Source: an uncultured delta proteobacterium (GTDB taxonomy: Bacteria; Myxococcota_A; Polyangia; Polyangiales; Polyangiaceae). From it: DNA of 64,000 nucleotides. The translations under genes and the position numbers were made by a program. Below, piece after piece: positions 50,652 to 60,595 of the stretch. The stretch is taken from assembly GCA_963696385.1 (NCBI GenBank), contig CAVOKF010000007.1, forward strand, positions 672,001-736,000, in the 5' to 3' direction. Positions within the stretch are counted from its first letter, which is position 1, and the number at the start of each line of letters is the position of its first letter. The notes under the pieces are model-generated. The model was not told where the DNA came from. It saw only the letters and a list, made by a program, of their open reading frames with translations, and did not search any database.

Positions 50652-51163
50652 CGGATTTTCCGGGGCGCCGAACGTGTTGGCGGACCGAGGATCTCAAGGG
50701 TAGAGAGGCCGCCTGGAGTCAGGCTTTGTTCGGCTTGGACTGCGTATTTCCCAGCGCGATCCAGCGCATCACGACCTGCCAGGCGGCCTGCCTTTGCGCC
50801 TCCGATGTGCTGCGGCGCAATGCGTCGAGGTAGTCCCCACTAGCGGCGTACAAGCCGCGAGCGATTTCGTCTTCGGTCATGGAGCCGAAAGCCTAGCCCA
50901 CGCGCACGCCGAACGTCACCTCGGACATCGCACCGTCGGCGTCGGCCGCGCGAAGCAACCAGGAAAACGCTCGCCCGCGTCTTGGCCCTTCGGGGCAAGG
51001 CCCCGATCCGAGGCTGTCGCGACGCATCCGCCCGTTGCAGGCAGCCTTTCCGGGCAGGCAGCCGAACCCCGCCTGAAGGAGGGGTCGTCGTGCGGTGCGA
51101 CGCACCTCCAGGACCCCATGGACGGTGAAGGTTCGTCGTTCCGCTCTAAGTCGTCGATATTGT

Positions 51164-51239
51164 TGGGTGACCGACGGGGCTCGAACCCGCGACATCTGGA
51201 GCCACAATCCAGTGCTCTACCAACTGAGCTACGGCCACC
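51164..51239 (-). tRNA. tRNA-His(GTG)
   Basis: G-1 then GTGGCCG TA GCTCAGTTGGTAGAGC A CTGGA TTGTGGC TCCAG ATGTC GCGGG TTCGAGC CCCGT CGGTCAC C CCA; encoded CCA and C73 discriminator. Confidence 0.97.
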
Positions 51240-51381
51240 ACGCTGCCAGGCAGCTCGCACCATAGCCGCTGGGCTCGGCGTTTCAAGGAGCCGAGCCCGG
51301 GGCCGGCAACCGAACTCCCGCGGATCGGCCGGTCGAGCAGGTCGGCCGCTCGGACCACGGCGTTATGGTACGACGCGTCGC

Positions 51382-52560
51382 ATGCGCGCACCGCCGAGTG
51401 CCTCGATCGAGACCCTCTGCATCCATGCGGGCCAGGAGCCGGACCCCGCATCGGGGGCGGTGATGTTGCCCATCGTGCTTTCCTCGACGTTCGCGCAGGA
51501 CGGTCCCGGCGTCCACAAGGGATTCGACTACTCGCGGGCCGGCAATCCGACGCGCGCGGCGCTCGAGGCGTGTCTGGCGACGCTCGAGGGAGCCCAGCAC
51601 GGCATCGCGTTCAGCAGTGGTTGCGCCGCGTTGACCGCGGTTGTCCTAACGCTCCGGTCGGGCGATCATGTCCTGGTCGGCGATGACGTGTACGGAGGAA
51701 CGTTCCGCATTTTCGACCAAGTCGTGGCCCCATTCGGGATCGAGTCGAGCTTCGTCGACATGAGCGACCCCGTGCGGGCCATCGAAGCGATGCGACCGAA
51801 CACCCGGCTCGTTTGGATTGAGACCCCGAGCAATCCCTTGCTCAAAGTGCTCGACATCCAGGCTCTCTCCGCAGCCGCGCGCGCGAGAGGCGTACCTGTG
51901 GCGGTGGACAACACGTTTGCGACGCCCATGCTCCAGCGCCCGCTCGATCTCGGCGCATCGATCGTGGTGCATTCGACGACGAAATACTTGAATGGGCATT
52001 CGGACGTCGTCGGCGGGGCGGTGCTGACCAACGACCGAGCGCTCGCGGAGCGGCTGCATTTCGTGCAGAAGGCAGCGGGCAGCGTGCCGAGTCCGTTCGA
52101 CTGCTACCTCGTACTGCGCGGACTCAAGACCCTCGCGGTGCGGATGAAGCGACACGTCGAAACGGCGCGCGGGATCGCGCAGTGGCTCGCGACCCACCCG
52201 CGGGTCGCGCACGTTCACTACCCGGGACTGCCGGGCCACGCCGGCCACGCGATCGCGGCGCGGCAGATGAAGGGTCCCGGAGGAATGATCACGTTCGAGA
52301 TCGAAGGGGCGCTCGCGCAGGCGGTGGCTTTCTTACGGGCGCTTCGCATCGTCGCGTGCGCGGAAAGCCTGGGAGGCGTCGAGTCGCTCGCAGAGCACCC
52401 GGCGACGATGACGCATGCGAGTGTGCCTCCGCAGGCGCGGCAAGCGCTCGGAATCCGGGACGGATTGATCCGTCTGTCGGTCGGATTGGAAGACGCCGGC
52501 GACCTGAGGGGCGACCTCGAACGAGGCTTTCGCGCCGCGTTCGAGCAGACCCACGGATGA
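51382..52560 (+). CDS. metB: Cystathionine gamma-synthase/gamma-lyase (PLP trans-sulfuration enzyme)
   Basis: YSRAGNPTR, DDVYGGT, ETPSNP, VDNTFATP, HSTTKYLNGHSDV, AESLGGVESL; synthase versus lyase not resolvable. Confidence 0.92.
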   Translation: MRAPPSASIETLCIHAGQEPDPASGAVMLPIVLSSTFAQDGPGVHKGFDYSRAGNPTRAALEACLATLEGAQHGIAFSSGCAALTAVVLTLRSGDHVLVGDDVYGGTFRIFDQVVAPFGIESSFVDMSDPVRAIEAMRPNTRLVWIETPSNPLLKVLDIQALSAAARARGVPVAVDNTFATPMLQRPLDLGASIVVHSTTKYLNGHSDVVGGAVLTNDRALAERLHFVQKAAGSVPSPFDCYLVLRGLKTLAVRMKRHVETARGIAQWLATHPRVAHVHYPGLPGHAGHAIAARQMKGPGGMITFEIEGALAQAVAFLRALRIVACAESLGGVESLAEHPATMTHASVPPQARQALGIRDGLIRLSVGLEDAGDLRGDLERGFRAAFEQTHG

Positions 52561-52709
52561 CGGGGTCGACCGCAGGGTGGAGGTCGGGAACCACCCGTGA
52601 TCGGGAAATTTGCCGTGTGCATGCCACTCTGCACCCGACGCGACGCACTCGATTATTGGCAGTCGCGCGCGGTATGCTCGGCGCGGCCCGCTGCCTGGAG
52701 ATCGCCTCG

Positions 52710-53267
52710 ATGACATTTCGCGCCCCCCACCCCGCCGTGATCGCTCTGTTTTCCCTCGCCCTGGCGACGGGGTGCTCGAGCCACAAGACAGAACCGCCCG
52801 CGGCTTACGTCAACGCCTCGATCTCGAACCCCGGCGGGGGCACGTGCAACAACGACGAGGCGAACTTTCTCGTCATCGGATCCGACCAGGACGGGGGCCC
52901 TTCGGACCCGACACGAGTCTCGAGCGGGGCGGGAGTCACGGTGACGTGCATGGTCAGCGCCGGAAGCAACGGCACATTCGACCTCGATCTCTACGCGCAG
53001 AACGGCCTAGGCACTGCCACGATCCAGGGCTCGATCTCGGCGAACGGGGGGCCCATGGATATCCAAGCCGACTTCTATCAGGCTGGAGGCGGCCACTACC
53101 AACAGTCGACTTGCTCGATCACGTTCGTTCAGATGCCGGCCGGCGGTCCAGTCGCCGCCGGCCGGGTCTGGGGAACGATCGACTGTCCCATGGCGACTCT
53201 CGTCGGCAGCACAGGAGTCTCGTGCGACGTGACGGCAGAATTCGTCTTCGAGAACTGCACCGAGTGA
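52710..53267 (+). CDS. Cys-containing lipoprotein, unknown function
   Basis: Lipobox ATGC, six further Cys, ends FVFENCTE. Confidence 0.75.
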   Translation: MTFRAPHPAVIALFSLALATGCSSHKTEPPAAYVNASISNPGGGTCNNDEANFLVIGSDQDGGPSDPTRVSSGAGVTVTCMVSAGSNGTFDLDLYAQNGLGTATIQGSISANGGPMDIQADFYQAGGGHYQQSTCSITFVQMPAGGPVAAGRVWGTIDCPMATLVGSTGVSCDVTAEFVFENCTE

Positions 53268-53357
53268 TCGACCACCAGCCCGGGGGGGGGCCTCACGCCC
53301 AGCGCCGGCCGCATGGACAGAACCAAGGGGGGCCGCACGCGGGAGTGGCCCGGCGAG

Positions 53358-53894
53358 TCAGTCGTCGTCCGATTCGTCGGCGCCGAAGGTTGGGCGATCG
53401 GGGTCAACGACGAGGCCGGCGAGGATCGCGCGCGCTTCGACGGCGACCTCGAACTCGGGACGCGTCGCAAGAAATGCTTCGATGTACTTGCGCGCAGCCG
53501 GTTCCTCGCCGCGGGCGTGATAGGCGAGACCCACGGCGTAGAGGGCGTCGGCATCTCCCGGAGATTGGCTCAGGGCGGTCATGCCTTCGCGTAACGCGCC
53601 CCGCGTATCGCCCAGCATGCGCAGCACATGGCAGAGAGCCACCCGCCCACCGAGATGGGCGGGCGACAGCTTGAGACAGGCGGCGTAGGCGTCGCGCGCC
53701 GGCTCGAGTTCTCCAACTTCGAAGAACGCGATGCCCAGGAAATAATAGGCGTACGGGTTCGTCGGGTCCGACTCGAGAACGCGCCGCAGCTCCCCCAGGG
53801 CTTCCCGAAAGCGCTCTTCGTGAAGAAGCTCGGTCGCTTCTTCGACGGCGGACCAGCGCTTCGAATCCAGGTTCGGGTCGTCGATCGCCACCAT
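53358..53894 (-). CDS. Tetratricopeptide-repeat protein
   Basis: DPTNPYAYYFLGIAFF, PGDADALYAVGLAY TPR patterns. Confidence 0.88.
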   Translation of the reverse strand: MVAIDDPNLDSKRWSAVEEATELLHEERFREALGELRRVLESDPTNPYAYYFLGIAFFEVGELEPARDAYAACLKLSPAHLGGRVALCHVLRMLGDTRGALREGMTALSQSPGDADALYAVGLAYHARGEEPAARKYIEAFLATRPEFEVAVEARAILAGLVVDPDRPTFGADESDDD

Positions 53895-54121
53895 GAAGCT
53901 GGATATCCACGTTCTCGCCGGTAGGCCATCGGCGCGTACCGCGGAACGCGGCCGGAAGCCTTAGCGGTGTCCGCGGAGCGGCTGGGCTTGGGCGCGACGG
54001 GCCCTGATCGCCCGGGAATCGGCAACACCGTACGAAAAATCGCGTGGGGGTTCATCGCTGGGGGGGCTGCTCGAAACTCGTCTCGATGCGCACGTTTCAT
54101 GCTTAATACGCAGTGAACGTC

Positions 54122-54856
54122 ATGTCCCTGCCCGTAGCCATCGAACAACTCATCGGCAGCGAGCGACTGGCATTTTTTCGCCAGGTCGCGCTCTTTCCGC
54201 GCGACTTGGCAGCGGTCGTTCCCAAACTGGCCCCCGGCGACGACGCCGTCGTTCTGGTGCACGGATTCTGCGCGAGCGCGGGCGTGTTTCGCCCCTTGCG
54301 AGCACGCCTCGAAGACGAGACCGGCGCGCGCGTCGCGACGTTCACCCACCCCCCCGGTGTCGGCGTTCGGAGGATTGCGCGGCAGCTCGCACGCCTCGTC
54401 AGCCGGATGCCGCGAGACGTCCGGCTCACCGTGGTTGGACACTCGCTCGGCGGCGTCGTGGCCCGCTGGTACGTCCAGGAGATGGGCGGGCACACGCGCG
54501 TTTGCCGCACCGTCTCGCTCGCCAGTCCGTTCTGCGGAGTGGCCGTGCCGCCGCTGCTCGTCGGCGCCGACTTGCACGCGCAAAGCGCCTTGCTCAAGCG
54601 GCTGCGCGAGCGGGCTTCGGCCTGCCCGGTGCCTCACACATCGATCGTCGCGGCCTCGGATTCCGTGGTCCCCGGCGTGCGGACCGCATGCCTCGGCGTC
54701 GGCGACGTGGTCGTTCTGCCGAACCGGGGACACAACGAGCTGCTCTTCGATCTCGAAGCCGCGGGGATCGTCATCGATCGAATTCGGCGGTCGCGACCCG
54801 AGCGCGCACCGGGCCCCTGGGCGCCGCGCAGCAGACGGCGGGCGTTCATGCTTTGA
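54122..54856 (+). CDS. Alpha/beta hydrolase (lipase/esterase-like)
   Basis: VVLVHGF, VGHSLGG, SLASPFCG, DSVVP, GHNELL. Confidence 0.9.
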   Translation: MSLPVAIEQLIGSERLAFFRQVALFPRDLAAVVPKLAPGDDAVVLVHGFCASAGVFRPLRARLEDETGARVATFTHPPGVGVRRIARQLARLVSRMPRDVRLTVVGHSLGGVVARWYVQEMGGHTRVCRTVSLASPFCGVAVPPLLVGADLHAQSALLKRLRERASACPVPHTSIVAASDSVVPGVRTACLGVGDVVVLPNRGHNELLFDLEAAGIVIDRIRRSRPERAPGPWAPRSRRRAFML

Positions 54857-54890
54857 AGTGTTGCGCCGAGCGTGGTACGGCCTCGGCCAC

Positions 54891-55472
54891 GTGCGATCCG
54901 GTCTGACCTCGTGTTTCATTTTCGCCGCGACGACGGTGGTCCTCCCCTGCCCGGCGCGCGCCGACGTCAGTTCGTGGCTGGCGGTCGGGGGCGGCTATGC
55001 GACCGAGCGCGATCGGCCGATGGGCAAGAACGACCTCGCGCCGACGATCACGTACTCCATCGGGGTCGGAAGCTCTCCTCTGCAGCCCTGGGTCTTCGGG
55101 GGACTGGTCCGCGGTACGACGCTCTTCGGGCTCGGCACGGACGTGGGGTTGGCCGTGCGCGCGGCGACCGGGGGCTTTGCCCGCGGAGACTGGGGAGCGG
55201 CCATCGAAGCGGGTGCCATGTGGCGTTACTGGCGCGACGGCAACTACGGCGAGTGGCCCGCGCAGGCCGTGGTGACCGGCGGATCGCCGTGGGGCTTCCA
55301 GATCGCGGTCGGCACGCAGCTCGAGGCGATCGACGGAGCGCGATCCGCGGTGGGTTTCTTCGCCGCACTCGAGATCGACCTTCTGCGCCTGACGGTCATG
55401 CGGCAAGGGACGACCGAGCGCTGGTGGTACAATCCGGCGCCGGCCGGCGGACACGCAGACCGTTCGCCCTAA
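54891..55472 (+). CDS. Hypothetical outer-membrane/exported protein
   Basis: Signal peptide ending ARA-D; Gly/aromatic amphipathic strands; start uncertain. Confidence 0.7.
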   Translation: MRSGLTSCFIFAATTVVLPCPARADVSSWLAVGGGYATERDRPMGKNDLAPTITYSIGVGSSPLQPWVFGGLVRGTTLFGLGTDVGLAVRAATGGFARGDWGAAIEAGAMWRYWRDGNYGEWPAQAVVTGGSPWGFQIAVGTQLEAIDGARSAVGFFAALEIDLLRLTVMRQGTTERWWYNPAPAGGHADRSP

Positions 55473-55581
55473 CTTCGGCGCGCGAACCCGCCAAGGCCTG
55501 CGTCAACGGCCTGGGCGACCCCCGGCGCGCGTCGGCCGGCCGGGCGAACGGCCTCGCAGACGCCGGGGCTTGCGCCGCCCT

Positions 55582-56674
55582 TCAGGGCGAGCTCGGCCCG
55601 GGGGCGTGCGGCATCTTATGAGCTTCGTCGGCCTTGATCGAGTATCGAACGAAGGCCCGAAGAACTTCGTTGCGCTCGACATTGCCGATGGCGCTTTTGA
55701 TGTCCTCGTAGATGGTGGGGTCGACGAGCAATGCGCCAATCGTGCCCTTGCCCTCGCGGACTCCCGCGACGATCGCCCGCAAGTCGTCGCTCATCGCATT
55801 CACGTTCGACATCAGGTGATCGGACGGTCCGTCTCCGTAGAGCAGTGCATGGGCCAGGCCGTTGCCCTCTCGAATCGCACGCAAGTCGGCGTGGATCTCG
55901 ACCATCGAACCGGCCACCTCCTTCGACATCTCGCCGTCGTAGATGAGCGCGTGGGCGATGCCGGGGCCCCGACGGACGTGGTCGGCCAGGTCTTGCACGT
56001 CGCCCAACGTGGCGTCGAGCCGCGCCGAGGCTTGGTTCAGCCCGTCGAGCAGGTCGTTCACGCGTTCGGCTTGCTGCCGGTCGAAGAACAAATGGTGGAT
56101 CGGGCCATTGCCCTGAACAATCGCGTCGAGCATCGCGCGGATGTCGCCGACCGAGTCCTTCACGTCGTCCGAGAGACGGGCGTCGCCGAGCGCTTTGGCT
56201 AGCGGCTCGAGGTTCTGGATGGCTTGTTCGGCCTCGGCAGCGACCTTGTTGAATGCCGAAAAGACGTCGGCGGGCTCTTCGGAGGGAATCAGCGCATGCG
56301 GATCGAGTCGCGGCGCCTTGGGGGAACCGACGCTCAGTTGGATCATTTTGTCGCCGAGCAGCCCCTTGTTGACGACCGTCGCGACCGTATCGGTACGAAT
56401 GCGTGCCGCTTGCACCTGGACGATCGACATGTTCGCGAAGATGCGCGTATCGCCCAGGTCCTTGTCGTATCCCACGCTCGTCACCGAACCGATGTCGAGC
56501 CCTCCCATGCGCACCGGAGCGCCAGGTTTGAGGCCCGCGACGTCGGAGAACGCCGCGCGGTATTCGACCTTGCGATCCCATAGGCGGGTGGTGTTGCCGA
56601 TGAGAAAGATGCCCGCCATGGACAAAGCCAGCCCGACGATGACGAAGAGTCCCACCTTGATTTCCGCGTGTCAT
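55582..56674 (-). CDS. mlaD: MlaD/MCE-family protein; frameshift at ~56664
   Basis: SD AGGAGG before ATG 56674; deleting one G gives MTREIKVGLFVIVG; AGLKPGAPVRMGGLDIG, GLLGDK, GTIGALLVDP. Confidence 0.9.
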
Positions 56675-56700
56675 GAGTCCTCCTGACGACAGCAGCCCGG

Positions 56701-57522
56701 CTACGACGACGAAAGCAACGACGCGACGTCCTCGCCCACAGGGGCCCGGCCCTCGATGAAGTCGCGCACGGCGGGATTGTTCGTCGATCGAAATTCGTCG
56801 GGAGATCCGACGAGAAGAACCCGTCCCTTTCCGATCATGGCGAGGCGATCGGAGACCGTGAACGCCGTGCCCATGTCGTGGGTGACCACGACGCTCGTCA
56901 GGGCGAGGGCCTTCTGAATGCCCTGAATGAGGTGGTTGATTCTCGCCGTATTGATCGGGTCGAGCCCCGTGGTCGGCTCGTCGTAGAGGATGACCTCGGG
57001 CTGTAGCGCCAGTGTCCGGGCGAGGCCGACGCGTTTCTTCATACCGCCCGACAGATCGCTCGGGCGCATGACGCCGATGCCGGGGAGACCGACGAGTTCG
57101 AGGGCTTGCTCGACACGCGCCAGGATCTCAGCCTCGGTCATCGTGTTCCAGAACTGTTCGCGCAACCCGTAGGCAACGTTTTCTCCGACGCTGAGCGAAT
57201 CGAACAGGGCTGCGCCTTGAAACAGGTACGCGATGCGGCGCCGCACCTCCGTCAGCGATTCGTCGTTCATCTTGGTGACGTCGCGGTCCTCGAGCAGGAT
57301 CTCGCCGGCATCCGCGGGGATGAGACCGATGAGCATTTTGAGCATCACGCTCTTGCCGCTGCCGGAGGCGCCCATCACGGTGAGCGTTTCGCCGCGTCGT
57401 ATCTCGAGGTTCAAGTCGGAGAAGATGACTTTGGATCCGAAGCGCTTTTGAACCGCTACAAATCGCAAAAACGGTTTTCGCGAGGCCGGATCGGACCGGT
57501 CTGGAACGCGGCGATCGTTCAC
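56701..57522 (-). CDS. mlaF: MlaF/Mkl-type ABC ATPase
   Basis: GASGSGKS, FQGAALFDSLSVGENV, LSGGMKKRVGLAR, YDEPTTGLDP, VTHD. Confidence 0.92.
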   Translation of the reverse strand: MNDRRVPDRSDPASRKPFLRFVAVQKRFGSKVIFSDLNLEIRRGETLTVMGASGSGKSVMLKMLIGLIPADAGEILLEDRDVTKMNDESLTEVRRRIAYLFQGAALFDSLSVGENVAYGLREQFWNTMTEAEILARVEQALELVGLPGIGVMRPSDLSGGMKKRVGLARTLALQPEVILYDEPTTGLDPINTARINHLIQGIQKALALTSVVVTHDMGTAFTVSDRLAMIGKGRVLLVGSPDEFRSTNNPAVRDFIEGRAPVGEDVASLLSSS

Positions 57523-57547
57523 GGGCAGCGATCTTAGCGCGGGCAGT

Positions 57548-59233
57548 TTACGCCGGCTCGGCGGCCGCGAGACGCATCTCGACCGCTCCTCCACCGGTCC
57601 AGGTGTCGCGCCGCAGAGCGCCTACCACGCGCACGTGCCCGCCGAGCCGGCTGACGAGGTGGGCCATGTCCGCGCCGAAGCACGACAGGCGCGTGCCGGC
57701 GACATCGAGCCAGAGCCGCGCGTGACCCCCGCGGACTTCGCGAGCCCCCACGACTCGCGCCCGCGCAATGGCAACGCGCGGCGCCGGGTTGGCCTGGCCA
57801 CAAGGCTCGAATCGCTCGAGGTCGCTCACGACACGCGGGGGCGCGTCGCCCTCCTGCAGGACGGCGTCCGCGTCGAAGGCAGACCCCGCATCCGGCACGC
57901 CGATGGCGGCGCACGCTTCCGAGAACCGATCGCGCAAAGCGTCGATGCGATCGCTCCGGACGTCGAGCCCGGCGGCCGCATGGTGCCCGCCGAAGGCCAC
58001 GAGCAGGTCGCGCACTCGCGTGAGCGCGTCGAAAACGGAGAATCCGGCAGGAGCCCGCGCCGAGCCCCGCCCGCGCGATCCGTCCAGGGAGACGACGACC
58101 GATGGCTTACCAAAGCGCGAAGCAAGTCGGCCCGCCACGATTCCCACGACACCGGGATGCCAGCCTTGGCGGGCGAGGACGATGGCGGGCAACCGGGCCA
58201 GGGCCGGATCGGCGAGCATCTCGAGCGCCTCGGCCGTCACGGCGCGCTCCACTTCTTTGCGGCGCGTGCAGAGGACCTCGACTTCGGCGGCGATCTTGCG
58301 GGCCTCTTGGTCGCCCGTCGCGAGCAACAGCGCGAGCGCCAGGTCGGGCTTGTCGAGCCGCCCGGGCGCATTGATGCGCGGGGCGAAACGAAAAGCGACG
58401 TCTTCGCCGCTCGGGGTCCCCGATGTGCACCCCGCGATCTCGGCCAGTGCTCGCGTACCGGGACGCACGCCGCGCGCCAGCATAGAAAGGCCCGCCCGAA
58501 CGAGCGCTCGGTTGTCCCCGTCGAGCGGGGCGACGTCACCGATGGTCCCGATCGCCACGAAGTCGAGCCACGCCCGCATGTCGAGGGCGACCCCGAGTTC
58601 GGTGCGAACTCCGGCGCCGATCGACAGCGCCAGACCGACCGACGCGAGGCCTTTGTAGGAGAATCCGCACTGGGGCCTGTGGGGGTTCAGAAATGCGAGG
58701 GCGGGAAGCGGCGCGTCGGGGACACGATGGTGATCGATGACGATGGCGTCGATGCCGGCTCGGCGGGCGCGTTCGAGACGATCGTGGTCGCTCGATCCGC
58801 AGTCGCACGTGACGAGCAACGTAGCCCCGGTGGACACGACTCGATCGAGCGCCGGATCGGAGAGCCCGTATCCCCCGTCGAACCGATTCGCCAAGACGGT
58901 CGCCACCTCGCCGCCGAGTCTCCGCAACACGTCGGTCATCAGCGCGGCCGCCGTGACGCCGTCCGCGTCGTAGTCGCCGAACACGCAGATGCGTTCCCGA
59001 GCGCGAACGGCGCGGGCCATACGCGCCACTGCCTCGGTGCGGTCGAGCATCGCGCCGGGCGGCGTCAAGTGCGCGAGCCGGGGCTCGAGAAAGCGCGCAC
59101 CGTCCGAGGCGTCGCCGAATCCGCGAGCGATGAGAACGCACGCCGCCGTTCGCGTCATGCGGAGCTCGCGTCCGAGACCGATCGCCTGGTCGCTCGCGTC
59201 CGCCGGCAGCCGCACCATCTCCTGGGGCGACAT
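57548..59233 (-). CDS. recJ: Single-stranded-DNA exonuclease
   Basis: GDYDADG, GYGL, IDHH, GTIGDVAPL, PRINAPGRL, FGGHHAAAG. Confidence 0.96.
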   Translation of the reverse strand: MSPQEMVRLPADASDQAIGLGRELRMTRTAACVLIARGFGDASDGARFLEPRLAHLTPPGAMLDRTEAVARMARAVRARERICVFGDYDADGVTAAALMTDVLRRLGGEVATVLANRFDGGYGLSDPALDRVVSTGATLLVTCDCGSSDHDRLERARRAGIDAIVIDHHRVPDAPLPALAFLNPHRPQCGFSYKGLASVGLALSIGAGVRTELGVALDMRAWLDFVAIGTIGDVAPLDGDNRALVRAGLSMLARGVRPGTRALAEIAGCTSGTPSGEDVAFRFAPRINAPGRLDKPDLALALLLATGDQEARKIAAEVEVLCTRRKEVERAVTAEALEMLADPALARLPAIVLARQGWHPGVVGIVAGRLASRFGKPSVVVSLDGSRGRGSARAPAGFSVFDALTRVRDLLVAFGGHHAAAGLDVRSDRIDALRDRFSEACAAIGVPDAGSAFDADAVLQEGDAPPRVVSDLERFEPCGQANPAPRVAIARARVVGAREVRGGHARLWLDVAGTRLSCFGADMAHLVSRLGGHVRVVGALRRDTWTGGGAVEMRLAAAEPA

Positions 59234-59324
59234 CAATCAGTACGGGCGCGCGGCGTCAACGGCCGCCGACCTCGCGCCGGCGGATCGGCCGGCCCGGTTA
59301 CGGCCGCCGGTCCACCCTCGCCCA

Positions 59325-60554
59325 TCAAGTCGCCTGCGCCGACGCGCTCAAGCCGCCCTTCGCGGCGGGCTTGCCCGCCATGCGATGGTCGATCCATTCG
59401 GTGAGCGGGGCGGCCACGTAAATGCTCGAATAGGTGCCCGCAACGATTCCGACCACAAGCGCCAGCATGAAGTCCTTGATGACGCCCGTGCCGTAAATGA
59501 AAAACGCGAACACGCTGAGCAGCGTCGCACCCGAAGTCAGGATCGTTCGCGAAAGCGTTTCGCTCACGCTGAGGTTGATGATCTGCGCGAACGACTTGCC
59601 ACGATGTTTGCCGAGATTCTCGCGGATACGGTCGTAGACGACGACCGTGTCGTTCATCGAATAGCCGAGGACGGTCAGCACGGCGGCGATGGTCGAAAGC
59701 GTGATCTCTTTGTGCAAGAGGATAAAGACGCCGATGACGACCATCGCGTCATGAACGCACGCGACGACCACGCCCGGCGCGAAGCGCAGGTCGAACCGGA
59801 ACGCGAGATAGAGCATGATGAACACGATCGCGATCGCGACCGCGTTGCGGGCACTGTCACGAAGTTGCTTGCCCGCCTTGGGCCCGACCCATTCGACGCG
59901 CAGCACGGCGTCGTCGGGAACGACTTCCGGTCCGAGATCCTGGCGCAGTCGGTCGACGAGCTGATCGCCCTTGCTCAGCAACTGCACTTCGACGCGGTGA
60001 TCGCGCGGGTTGAGCACCTGCGGATTGGTGGCGCTCGCTCGAAGAGACACCCCCGCGACGCTCGTGACTTGGCGTTTGATTTCTTCCAGGTCCGGATCGA
60101 CGTCGTAACGGGTCGTGATCTTGTCTCCGCCCGCGCTGAATTTGACCTCGCTCGCGCGGGCGTTGTCCGGGCACCGGACCGCGTCGCTCAGGGGAGCCTG
60201 CGGGTCGTCGACGTAGCAGAGCGCGATCCGCAAGGCGCTCTTCTCTTCTTCCGTGATGGCGCTCACGTCCTGAACACGGACGAGAAAGTGGTAGGGCTTG
60301 TTCGGGTCGACCACCTGGATGACGTCCGGGGACTTGAAGCCCGCCGACTCAATCGCGCTGCGCACGCCGGCCGCGTCCATCCGCTTCGCGAATGCGAGCT
60401 CGATCTCGGTGCCGCCTCGAAAGTCCGTCCCGTAGTTCGGACCCGGAACGAAGCAGAGAATCGTCGAGCCGACGACGAGGATCAGGCTGAGCGGGATCCA
60501 GAACCAACGCTGGCCCATGAAGTCGAAGACACGTCCGGGCTTGAAGAACTCCAT
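59325..60554 (-). CDS. secF: Protein translocase subunit SecF
   Basis: GTDFRGG, VGPKAG, HDAM, GYSMNDTVVVYDRIREN, TLSRTILTS, GTYSSIYVA. Confidence 0.97.
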   Translation of the reverse strand: MEFFKPGRVFDFMGQRWFWIPLSLILVVGSTILCFVPGPNYGTDFRGGTEIELAFAKRMDAAGVRSAIESAGFKSPDVIQVVDPNKPYHFLVRVQDVSAITEEEKSALRIALCYVDDPQAPLSDAVRCPDNARASEVKFSAGGDKITTRYDVDPDLEEIKRQVTSVAGVSLRASATNPQVLNPRDHRVEVQLLSKGDQLVDRLRQDLGPEVVPDDAVLRVEWVGPKAGKQLRDSARNAVAIAIVFIMLYLAFRFDLRFAPGVVVACVHDAMVVIGVFILLHKEITLSTIAAVLTVLGYSMNDTVVVYDRIRENLGKHRGKSFAQIINLSVSETLSRTILTSGATLLSVFAFFIYGTGVIKDFMLALVVGIVAGTYSSIYVAAPLTEWIDHRMAGKPAAKGGLSASAQAT

Positions 60555-60595
60555 CGCATTCGTCCTCTGTCGACCCAACCCCGCACTAGCGCGAT

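Noticed and set aside
51164..51239. tRNA-anchored genomic island or prophage
   Set aside because: No integrase seen, and no duplicate of the tRNA 3' end found by eye within the window
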